NCBI RefSeq assembly: GCF_000025685.1
Contig: NC_013967.1
Location: 150,001 to 182,000 of the forward strand
Length of the DNA stretch: 32,000 nucleotides
Source of the DNA: Haloferax volcanii DS2
GTDB taxonomy: Archaea; Halobacteriota; Halobacteria; Halobacteriales; Haloferacaceae
Direction of reading: 5' to 3'
Part shown: positions 8,945-15,625 of the stretch, one piece after another
Layout: each line of letters begins with the position of its first letter
Position numbering within the stretch: position 1 is the stretch's first letter
Position numbers and translations under genes: made by a program
The notes under the pieces: model-generated
The model's database searches: none
Seen by the model: only the letters and a program-made list of their open reading frames with translations
Told to the model about the DNA's origin: nothing

Positions 8945-9406
8945 ATGACCGACGCCGCCGATGTCGATGTTGACGCCGACACCGACGCGACTACGACCCG
9001 CGTCGCCTTCGTCTGCGTCCAAAACGCCGGCCGGAGCCAGATGGCGACGGCCTTCGCCCGCCGGGAGCGCGACGAGCGCGGCGTCGGCGACCGCATCGAG
9101 GTCGTCACCGGCGGCACCGACCCCGCCGACCACGTCCACGACGAGGTCGTCGAGGTCATGGGCGAGAAGGGGTTCGACCTCGCCGACGAGACGCCCCGCG
9201 CAATCGAGCAGGACGAGATTATGAACGTGGATATCGTCGTCACGATGGGTTGTTCGGCCGAGGGCATCTGTCCCATGACGTGGCGCGGCGACGCCCGCGA
9301 CTGGGACCTCGACGACCCGGACGGCCGGGACCTCGATGCGGTCCGGGCGATTCGCGACGACATCGAGGGGCGCGTTTCGGCGCTGTTCGACGAACTCGCG
9401 GGTTAG
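8945..9406 (+). CDS. arsC: Arsenate reductase / low-molecular-weight phosphotyrosine phosphatase family (ArsC-type)
   Basis: P-loop CVQNAGRSQMA (CX5R-S), plus downstream Cys in TMGCSAEGICP, as in thioredoxin-coupled ArsC. Confidence 0.82.
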   Translation: MTDAADVDVDADTDATTTRVAFVCVQNAGRSQMATAFARRERDERGVGDRIEVVTGGTDPADHVHDEVVEVMGEKGFDLADETPRAIEQDEIMNVDIVVTMGCSAEGICPMTWRGDARDWDLDDPDGRDLDAVRAIRDDIEGRVSALFDELAG

Positions 9407-11649
9407 CCGAACAGCCGCTCTCGGAGCGACCGTCGCCGGGGGCGCTCGGCCAGCAACACGGTCGTCTCGAGGTCGTCGAGCACGGACAGCGCCAGCGACC
9501 CGCCGACGAGTCGGGACAGCAGGCCGGTCTCCGTCGCGCCGACGAGGACGAGCGACTTGTCCGCCGCCGCCTCGCCGATGACGGTCTCCACGTCGCCCGT
9601 CTCGACCAGTTGCTCCACTCCGTGTAGGTCGTGTTCCGCGACCCACTGTTCGAGGAACCCCCGACCGGCCGCGACCTCGTCAGCGACGTGCAGCACCGAG
9701 ATGTGCGCGTCGGTCGTCGCTTGCAGCGCTCGTGCGACCTCCGCGGAGAGGTCAGACGAGTGCCCGCCCGCCGTCGGGAGCAGCACCTCGCTCGGGTCGA
9801 ACTCCTCCCCGTCGAGGACGACCACGTCGCACGGGAGGTCGTGCGTCAGTTCGTCGAGCGCGCCCTCGACCCGTCCGCCGGCGAGTTTCGCGCCGCTGTG
9901 GCCCATGATGACCCGGTCGACGCCGTGTTGGCGCGCCGCGTCGAACACCTCCGCGAGCCCCTCGTGGGAGAGAATCGTCCGCGTGTCGACCGGCACGTCC
10001 AACTGTTCGACGTCGGCTCGCGCGTCGGCCATGAGCCGTTCCGACGCCTTCGAGATGCGGTCGCGTTGGTCGTCGGCGGCCGCCAGCGAGGTTTGGTCCG
10101 GGACCTGAATGACGTGGGTCGCGAGGACCCGCCCGCCGTCGAACTTCGCGAGCGCGGCCGCGAGCGTCACGAGCGCCCGCTCGGTTCGGGGGTTCGAAAC
10201 CGCGACCATCGTCGTCGTCGCGGGCGCGTCGTCGATGCGACCCGACCCGTTCGGCGCGACCGTCGCCGCGGCGTCGACGACCGTGTTCGGTAGCTCGTCG
10301 CCCCGAGAGAGGATGTGCCGACCGAGAAGCCCCTGTCTGTCGGCGTTGTTGCGTGCGTACACGAAGTACCAGACCACGGCACCGACGACGAACAGCCCCG
10401 AAAGCAGGAGCTCTTCCCCGCCGACGAACGCCAGCAGTCCGAGCGAGAGCGCCATGCCGACGAGCGGCGTAACCGGGTACAGCGGCACGGTGAACGCCGG
10501 GTCGTACTCCGGGTCAGTCTCCCGGAAGACGATGAGCGCCGCGTTCATGAGCGCGTAGACGACGAGGTGGAGGACGCTCGCGGCTTTCGCCAACACCTCG
10601 ATGTCTCGGCCGAGCGCCGCGATGAAGAGGATGATGACGGCACCCGTGACGAGAATCGACCGGTAGGGCGTCGCGTAGTTCGGGTGAATCTCGTTGAGCC
10701 AGTTGGTGACGACTCGGTCCCGGCCCATCGCGAAGTTGATTCGGGCCGACGCCAGAATCGACGCGTTCGCGCTGGAGACGGTCGCGAGGAGCGCGCCCAG
10801 CGTCACGACGGTGACGGCGAGGCCGGCCAGCCCGCCGGGGAACGCGAGTTGCGTCGCCTGCGTCAGCGGCGCGCTCTGGCTCAGGTCCGGCCACGGCACC
10901 ACGCCGAGCATGATGCTCACGAGAATCGCGTAGAGGACGGTGACGATGGCGACGCTCCCGATAACCGCCAGCGGGAGGTTCCGGCCGGGGTTCTTCAGCT
11001 CCTCGGCGACGGTCGCAATCTTCGCGTAGCCGAGAAACGAGACGAACACGAGCGCCGTCCCCGGCAGGATGGCACCGTAGCCGAACGGCGCGATACCGCC
11101 GTCACCGACGAGCGTTGCGACGTCGAACGACAGCCAGCCCTGGACCGCGAACAGGGCCAGAATCGCCAACAGGACGGTGACGATGACCGTCTGTACGCCG
11201 CCGGTCTCCTTGGCACCGATGTAGTTGACGCCCACGAAGACGGCCCCGGCGACGAGCGCGCCGACTTGCACCTCGTTGAGAAAGAGGAACTCCGGCATCG
11301 GCACGAGCGTCGCGAGGTACTGCCCGAAGCCGATGCTGTAAAACGCGGAGGCGAACGCCAGCCCCATCCAGTCGCCGAGGCCGGCGATAGAGCCGAACAG
11401 CGGCCCGAGCGCGCGGTTGACGTAGTAGCCGCCGCCGGCTTTCGGCATCGCGGTGCCGAGTTCGGAGACCGAAAGCGCGTTCACCAGCGCGATGAGCCCC
11501 CCGACGACGAACGAGGCGACGACGACCGGGCCGGCGGTGCTGGCCGCGACGCCGGGTAGGACGAAGATGCCCGCGCCGATCATCGTCCCGATGCCGATAG
11601 TCAGCGCCGACAGGAGGCCGAGGTCCTTCGCGAGTTCCTCGTCGCTCAT
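9403..11649 (-). CDS. APC-superfamily amino acid/cation permease fused to two C-terminal universal stress protein (Usp) domains
   Basis: N-terminus LSALTIGIGTMIGAGIFVLPG, followed by about 12 TM segments. The roughly 280-aa C-terminus is soluble with tandem Usp-like halves (VMGHSG..., VLVGATETG...). Confidence 0.9.
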   Translation of the reverse strand: MSDEELAKDLGLLSALTIGIGTMIGAGIFVLPGVAASTAGPVVVASFVVGGLIALVNALSVSELGTAMPKAGGGYYVNRALGPLFGSIAGLGDWMGLAFASAFYSIGFGQYLATLVPMPEFLFLNEVQVGALVAGAVFVGVNYIGAKETGGVQTVIVTVLLAILALFAVQGWLSFDVATLVGDGGIAPFGYGAILPGTALVFVSFLGYAKIATVAEELKNPGRNLPLAVIGSVAIVTVLYAILVSIMLGVVPWPDLSQSAPLTQATQLAFPGGLAGLAVTVVTLGALLATVSSANASILASARINFAMGRDRVVTNWLNEIHPNYATPYRSILVTGAVIILFIAALGRDIEVLAKAASVLHLVVYALMNAALIVFRETDPEYDPAFTVPLYPVTPLVGMALSLGLLAFVGGEELLLSGLFVVGAVVWYFVYARNNADRQGLLGRHILSRGDELPNTVVDAAATVAPNGSGRIDDAPATTTMVAVSNPRTERALVTLAAALAKFDGGRVLATHVIQVPDQTSLAAADDQRDRISKASERLMADARADVEQLDVPVDTRTILSHEGLAEVFDAARQHGVDRVIMGHSGAKLAGGRVEGALDELTHDLPCDVVVLDGEEFDPSEVLLPTAGGHSSDLSAEVARALQATTDAHISVLHVADEVAAGRGFLEQWVAEHDLHGVEQLVETGDVETVIGEAAADKSLVLVGATETGLLSRLVGGSLALSVLDDLETTVLLAERPRRRSLRERLFG

Positions 11650-11753
11650 CCGTTGGCCTCCGTGCTGGGACCCTCGCTCCGTCGCTTCGGAACCCGCTGT
11701 TCGGGTCGGAGCGCCGCGCTGTCGGCCGTCTCGGTGACGTTCGTCTCGTGCAT
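11646..11753 (-). CDS. Possible 35-codon leaderless upstream ORF, translationally coupled to the permease (ATGA overlap)
   Basis: MHETNVTETADSAALRPEQRVPKRRSEGPSTEANG. Third-position GC is high. TATA-like ACATATAT lies about 25-30 nt upstream on the minus strand. The stop TGA overlaps the permease ATG (11649..11647). No homology evidence. Confidence 0.3.
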   Translation of the reverse strand: MHETNVTETADSAALRPEQRVPKRRSEGPSTEANG

Positions 11754-11797
11754 AGTCGCTACCCGGTTGTGTAACGATATATGTTCTACCCTTTCAC

Positions 11798-11809
11798 TTC
11801 GAATTCGAA
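11798..11809. promoter_or_regulatory. Perfect 12-bp palindrome TTCGAATTCGAA in the AT-rich divergent control region; an adjacent inverted repeat TAGAAAT-N5-ATTTCTA lies at 11812-11832
   Basis: Read directly. It lies between the divergent permease/uORF and the Lrp-family regulator gene, so it is a candidate regulator binding site. Confidence 0.3.
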
Positions 11810-12030
11810 AATAGAAATGAATATAATTTCTAAGAACGAAATCCTCGTGAGTCATCCGTCTCCGGGCTGGCTCGTCTTCGCGGTCCCTCACGGGCCGGTA
11901 CGGGGCCGTCCTCACCTCGCGGCTCCTCGGTCGAGCAGTTCCGTCTCGCAAGACGGGCGTCGTCCAGACAAGCCTTATATGAAAACGCGGGGTAGCTAAC
12001 TTCGCAAACCAAAACGCGACACAGTCACCG

Positions 12031-12816
12031 ATGCCATATCGCAACACCGACCACCGGCTCGACGAGATTGACCGCCGCATCCTCTACGCCCTGATGGACG
12101 ATGCGCGTAACACGTCCGCCAGCACGCTCGCGGCGGAGGCCGGCGTCTCCGGAGCCACTATCCGGAACCGAATCCACAAGCTCGAAGACTCCGGCATCAT
12201 CCGCGGCAGCACCGCGCAGGTCGATTTCGAACTCGCCGGCGGGAAGCTCACGAACCTCTATCTCTGCGACGTTCCCGTGACCGAACGAGAGGCGCTCGCC
12301 CACGAGGCGCGGGCGATTCCGGGCGTCATCAACGTCCGGACGCTGATGACCGGTCGCCGCAACCTCCACGTCCTCGCGGTCGGCGAGAGCACCGGCGACC
12401 TCCGGCGCGTCGCGCGGTTGCTCACCGACATCGGCATCCACATCGAAGACGAAGACCTGCTCGAAGAGGAGCTGTTCGCCCCCTACGGCCCGTTCGACCC
12501 CGACGACGGCGGTCACGCGCCCGAAGCCAACGATTTCATCAGCCTCACCGGCGACGCGAGCGTCGTCGAGGTCCCCGTGCAGTCCGACGCGCCGATAGCC
12601 AGCCTCACGCTCGAAGACGCCTCCGAGCGGGGGATTCTCGACGACGAGACGCTCGTCATCGCCATCGAGCGGGGCGACCGCGAACTCACCCCGCACGGGG
12701 ACACGGTCATCGAGCCGGACGACATCGTGACGGTTCTCTCCCGCGCCGGCGGGGACGCGGATGCGGACGCGCTGTCGGCGTTCCGCGGTCCACAGACGGA
12801 GTCGTCTCCGGGCTGA
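12031..12816 (+). CDS. Lrp/AsnC-family transcription regulator with a C-terminal TrkA-C (RCK_C) domain
   Basis: N-terminal HTH_AsnC (LDEIDRRILYALMDDARNTSASTLAAEAGVSGATIRNRIHKLEDSGII), a RAM-like middle section, and a C-terminal TrkA_C-like segment (LTLEDASERGILDDETLVIAIERGDRELTPHGDTVIEPDDIVTVL). Confidence 0.9.
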   Translation: MPYRNTDHRLDEIDRRILYALMDDARNTSASTLAAEAGVSGATIRNRIHKLEDSGIIRGSTAQVDFELAGGKLTNLYLCDVPVTEREALAHEARAIPGVINVRTLMTGRRNLHVLAVGESTGDLRRVARLLTDIGIHIEDEDLLEEELFAPYGPFDPDDGGHAPEANDFISLTGDASVVEVPVQSDAPIASLTLEDASERGILDDETLVIAIERGDRELTPHGDTVIEPDDIVTVLSRAGGDADADALSAFRGPQTESSPG

Positions 12817-12981
12817 CTTCGGCGGTGTCGCGTCCGCGGTCCCCGCGCTGGCAGCCGCGCCGCCCCGTCTCCGGGCGCTATCCGATGTGCCTTTCCGGGC
12901 TGACCACGTCACACCCGATATGAACGCGAATTCGCCGGCTGTTCCCACGCGGAACATCACGGGCAGTTCAACGAGGTAAGC

Positions 12982-13761
12982 ATGGCACGGAAAGACCACT
13001 ACTACAACAAGGCCAAACAGGAGGGCTACCGCGCCCGCTCGGCCTACAAGCTGAAGCAACTCGACGGCGACGCGGGTCTGTTCGGCCCCGGCAACACCGT
13101 CGTCGACCTCGGTGCCGCCCCCGGCGGGTGGCTCCAGGTCGTCTCCGAAGAAGTCGGTGACCACGGCAAGGTCGTCGGCGTCGACCTCCAGCGAATCCGC
13201 GGCATCGACCGCGACAACGTCCAGACGATTCGCGGCGACATGACCGAAGACGAGACGAAGGAGGAACTGACGGCCGTCATCGGTGAGCGCGGAGCCGACG
13301 CCGTCGTCTCCGACATGGCACCGAACATGACCGGCGAGTACTCGCTGGACCACGCCCGCTCCGTCTACCTCGCCCGACAGGCGTTCGAGGTCGCACAGGA
13401 GCTGTTGGCGACCGGCGGCGACTTCGCCGTGAAGGTGTTCGACGGCCCCGACGTGGCGGACCTCCGCGCCGACATGGAACGGGAGTTCCAGTACGTTCGG
13501 TCGATGCGCCCCGACGCCTCCCGCGATAGCTCCTCCGAGCAGTACCTCGTCGGCAAGCACTTCCTCACCGCCCCGGTTCGGAAGGGCGACGAACTCGACG
13601 TGGAAATCGTCGACGTGGGGAGCGAGGGCGACGGCATCGCCAAAGTCGAGGAGTTCACGCTGTTCGTCTCCGGGACGGAGGCGGGCGACATGCCGACGGT
13701 CCGCGTCACCGACGTGAAACCGCGGTTCGCGTTCGCTGAACCAATCGACGACGAAGACTGA
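12982..13761 (+). CDS. rlmE: 23S rRNA (uridine-2'-O)-methyltransferase RlmE/FtsJ fused to a C-terminal TRAM domain
   Basis: YRARSAYKLKQLD, the SAM site VVDLGAAPGGW, DMAPNMTG and VKVFDG are present. The C-terminal TRAM-like segment is GDELDVEIVDVGSEGDGIAKVEEFTLFVSG. Confidence 0.9.
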   Translation: MARKDHYYNKAKQEGYRARSAYKLKQLDGDAGLFGPGNTVVDLGAAPGGWLQVVSEEVGDHGKVVGVDLQRIRGIDRDNVQTIRGDMTEDETKEELTAVIGERGADAVVSDMAPNMTGEYSLDHARSVYLARQAFEVAQELLATGGDFAVKVFDGPDVADLRADMEREFQYVRSMRPDASRDSSSEQYLVGKHFLTAPVRKGDELDVEIVDVGSEGDGIAKVEEFTLFVSGTEAGDMPTVRVTDVKPRFAFAEPIDDED

Positions 13762-13910
13762 GCGCGCCGACCGCACGCCGATTCCCGCGTCGAGTCCGGC
13801 GCGTCCCGTGCCCGCCCGCGACCGCGCCGACGGCTCCGCGCCCGCCGCAATTTGTGTCTAACTTCGGGCAACCATTATCCGTGTTTGACACGACTCCGCT
13901 CGTGTCACCC

Positions 13911-14312
13911 ATGTCAGCAGATACGACGACCACCGAGTCCCAACCGTTGTTCACCGGCCTCCCGTCGGGTATCGTTCCGTACGTCGCCATCCTCGGGGCA
14001 TTGGCGTCCGTGTACGCCCACCTCTCTCTCGCGCCGGTGTTGATGCAGTTCGACCAGACGCAGGCGATTCTGTTCGTCCTCGCGGGCGTCGGCTTCCTCG
14101 CGGGCATCGCCGTCTACCTGAGCAAGTTCTGGCGGCGCGAGTTCTACCTCGTCGCCATCGCGTTCGCGCTCGCTCAAATCGCGGCGTGGGCCGTCATGAG
14201 CGGGCGAGTCAGCGAGATGGCGATTCTCTCGAAGGGCGGCGAGGCCGTCTTCAGCGCCGCGGCGGCGTACCTCTATCTGAGCGACTCGCCCGAGACCGAC
14301 GGGGCCGCCTGA
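13911..14312 (+). CDS. Integral membrane protein (about 4 TM), function unknown
   Basis: Hydrophobic segments run throughout. ATG at 13911 is preferred because TATA-like CCATTATCC lies about 30 nt upstream. A T-run follows the stop. Confidence 0.62.
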   Translation: MSADTTTTESQPLFTGLPSGIVPYVAILGALASVYAHLSLAPVLMQFDQTQAILFVLAGVGFLAGIAVYLSKFWRREFYLVAIAFALAQIAAWAVMSGRVSEMAILSKGGEAVFSAAAAYLYLSDSPETDGAA

Positions 14313-14384
14313 GCCACGTCCCGCGTTCGACCCGTCGCCCCGCCGTCTCGACGTTCTGGCGGTCCGCCGCCCCGTCGCATCTTT

Positions 14385-14561
14385 TCACTCAACGACCACG
14401 AGGTCGAGTCGGAGCCCCGTCCGGCAGCCCTTCCAACCGCCGCGACAGGCCCCGGTGGCGAGGATGTCGCCGAACGACGTGTAGGTCCCGCAGTTCGGAC
14501 AGCGAATCCCCATCTCCATCCCGTCTCGCTCGGTGAGCCTGTGGTGGTGCTCGTCGGCCAT
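14385..14561 (-). CDS. Small CPxCG-type zinc-finger protein (58 aa); not in the ORF track
   Basis: Hand translation: MADEHHHRLTERDGMEMGIRCPNCGTYTSFGDILATGACRGGWKGCRTGLRLDLVVVE. It has four Cys (CPNCG ... C ... C). TATA-like GGCTTATCTC lies upstream on the minus strand. Confidence 0.6.
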   Translation of the reverse strand: MADEHHHRLTERDGMEMGIRCPNCGTYTSFGDILATGACRGGWKGCRTGLRLDLVVVE

Positions 14562-14617
14562 ACATCGTGTGGTATGCTACCAAAAGAGATAAGCCGTCCG
14601 TCGCCCCGGCCGGCGTC

Positions 14618-15337
14618 TCAGTCCGCGACCCAGCCGTCGGTCGAGGACTCGTCGTCGCCGCGGAGGAGCGCGACGGTCCCGTAGACGAACGGGGTGTCCA
14701 CGATTGCGATGAGGAGCTTCAGGAGGTACTGGCCGACGGCGAGGCCGACGAGGACGTTCCACGGGAGCACGTCTCCGATGCCGAGGACCGTCGGCGCGGC
14801 GTAGAACCCGACGCCGACGAAGATGACCGTGTCGATGGCCTGACTCGTCGCCGTCGAGACGATGTTGCGGAGCCAGAGAAGCGAGCCGTCGGTCAGCTCG
14901 CGGATGCCGTGGAAGACGACGACGTCCCAGTTCTGACTCACGAGGTACGCGAGCAGGCTCCCGGCGACGACGTTCGTCCCCGACGAGAGCACCGTGGCGA
15001 ACTGCGCGGCGAACTCGGGGTTCGCGGCGGGCGCGGCGATGGTGCTCCAGACGAGGCCGAGGAGGACGAAGTTCATGGCGAAGCCGACGTTCACCATGAC
15101 CTGCGCCGCCCGGCGGCCGTACAGTTCGGAGTAACAGTCGGACGCGAAGAAGGTGAGCGCGTACGCCAGCGCCGCTCCCGGCATGAGGATGGCCGCGCCG
15201 ACGAACGGGAGTTCGCCCACCGCCGACGGCAGGGGAATCGAGAGCAGTTTCGACGCCGTCAACTGCGCCGTCGTCAGCGCGGTGACGAACAGGCCGACGA
15301 GGGCGACTTGTCCGATGGCCGAGCGCCCCTCACTCAT
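14618..15337 (-). CDS. yhhQ: YhhQ/DUF165 (VUT) family transporter, predicted queuosine-precursor (preQ0) transporter
   Basis: Polytopic membrane protein with family-typical segments (TAQLTASKL, YALTFFASDCYSELYG, LVSQNWDVVVFH, STATSQAIDTVIF). The start at ATG 15337 overlaps the stop of the upstream RHH gene. Confidence 0.85.
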   Translation of the reverse strand: MSEGRSAIGQVALVGLFVTALTTAQLTASKLLSIPLPSAVGELPFVGAAILMPGAALAYALTFFASDCYSELYGRRAAQVMVNVGFAMNFVLLGLVWSTIAAPAANPEFAAQFATVLSSGTNVVAGSLLAYLVSQNWDVVVFHGIRELTDGSLLWLRNIVSTATSQAIDTVIFVGVGFYAAPTVLGIGDVLPWNVLVGLAVGQYLLKLLIAIVDTPFVYGTVALLRGDDESSTDGWVAD

Positions 15338-15506
15338 CTTCGACGAGGCGGTTGTGTCGGTCGTCGATTTCGTCGAGGATGTCGAGCGTCTTCCGGATGG
15401 ACGCCCGAACCGCATCGCTTCGGTTCACGAACTTCTTGTCGTCGCCGACGTGCTCGTCTAAGTCCGCGAGCAGTTCGTCGGGTATCTCGACGCTTATCTT
15501 GGCCAT
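15330..15506 (-). CDS. Ribbon-helix-helix (CopG/NikR-type) DNA-binding protein, 58 aa; not in the ORF track
   Basis: Hand translation, codon by codon: MAKISVEIPDELLADLDEHVGDDKKFVNRSDAVRASIRKTLDILDEIDDRHNRLVEDE. It shows the classic beta-strand, helix, helix RHH pattern. Its stop overlaps the yhhQ start (ATGAGTGA). Confidence 0.72.
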   Translation of the reverse strand: MAKISVEIPDELLADLDEHVGDDKKFVNRSDAVRASIRKTLDILDEIDDRHNRLVEDE

Positions 15507-15514
15507 ACTCGGGG

Positions 15515-15528
15515 ATTCTCATGAGAAT
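15515..15528. promoter_or_regulatory. Perfect 14-bp palindrome ATTCTCATGAGAAT between the TATA-like element and the RHH start codon; candidate autoregulatory operator
   Basis: Read directly. It lies 9 nt upstream of the RHH ATG (15506) and directly downstream of the minus-strand TATA-like GTTAAGTAT. RHH proteins typically bind inverted repeats. Confidence 0.45.
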
Positions 15529-15625
15529 ACTTAACGCCTTTTCAACGGCCTCAGCGGCGATATCTGGCGCGTCTTCGCGTCGTCGAGTCGACGGGTTCGT
15601 GACGCCCCTCGCGGGTGCGCCGTGC

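Noticed and set aside
11646-12080. A 144-aa minus-strand ORF spanning the permease / lrp intergenic region.
   Set aside because: It runs through the AT-rich promoter and palindrome region and into the lrp start, with a non-acidic composition. Only its last 35 codons (11753..11646) are kept, as a low-confidence uORF.
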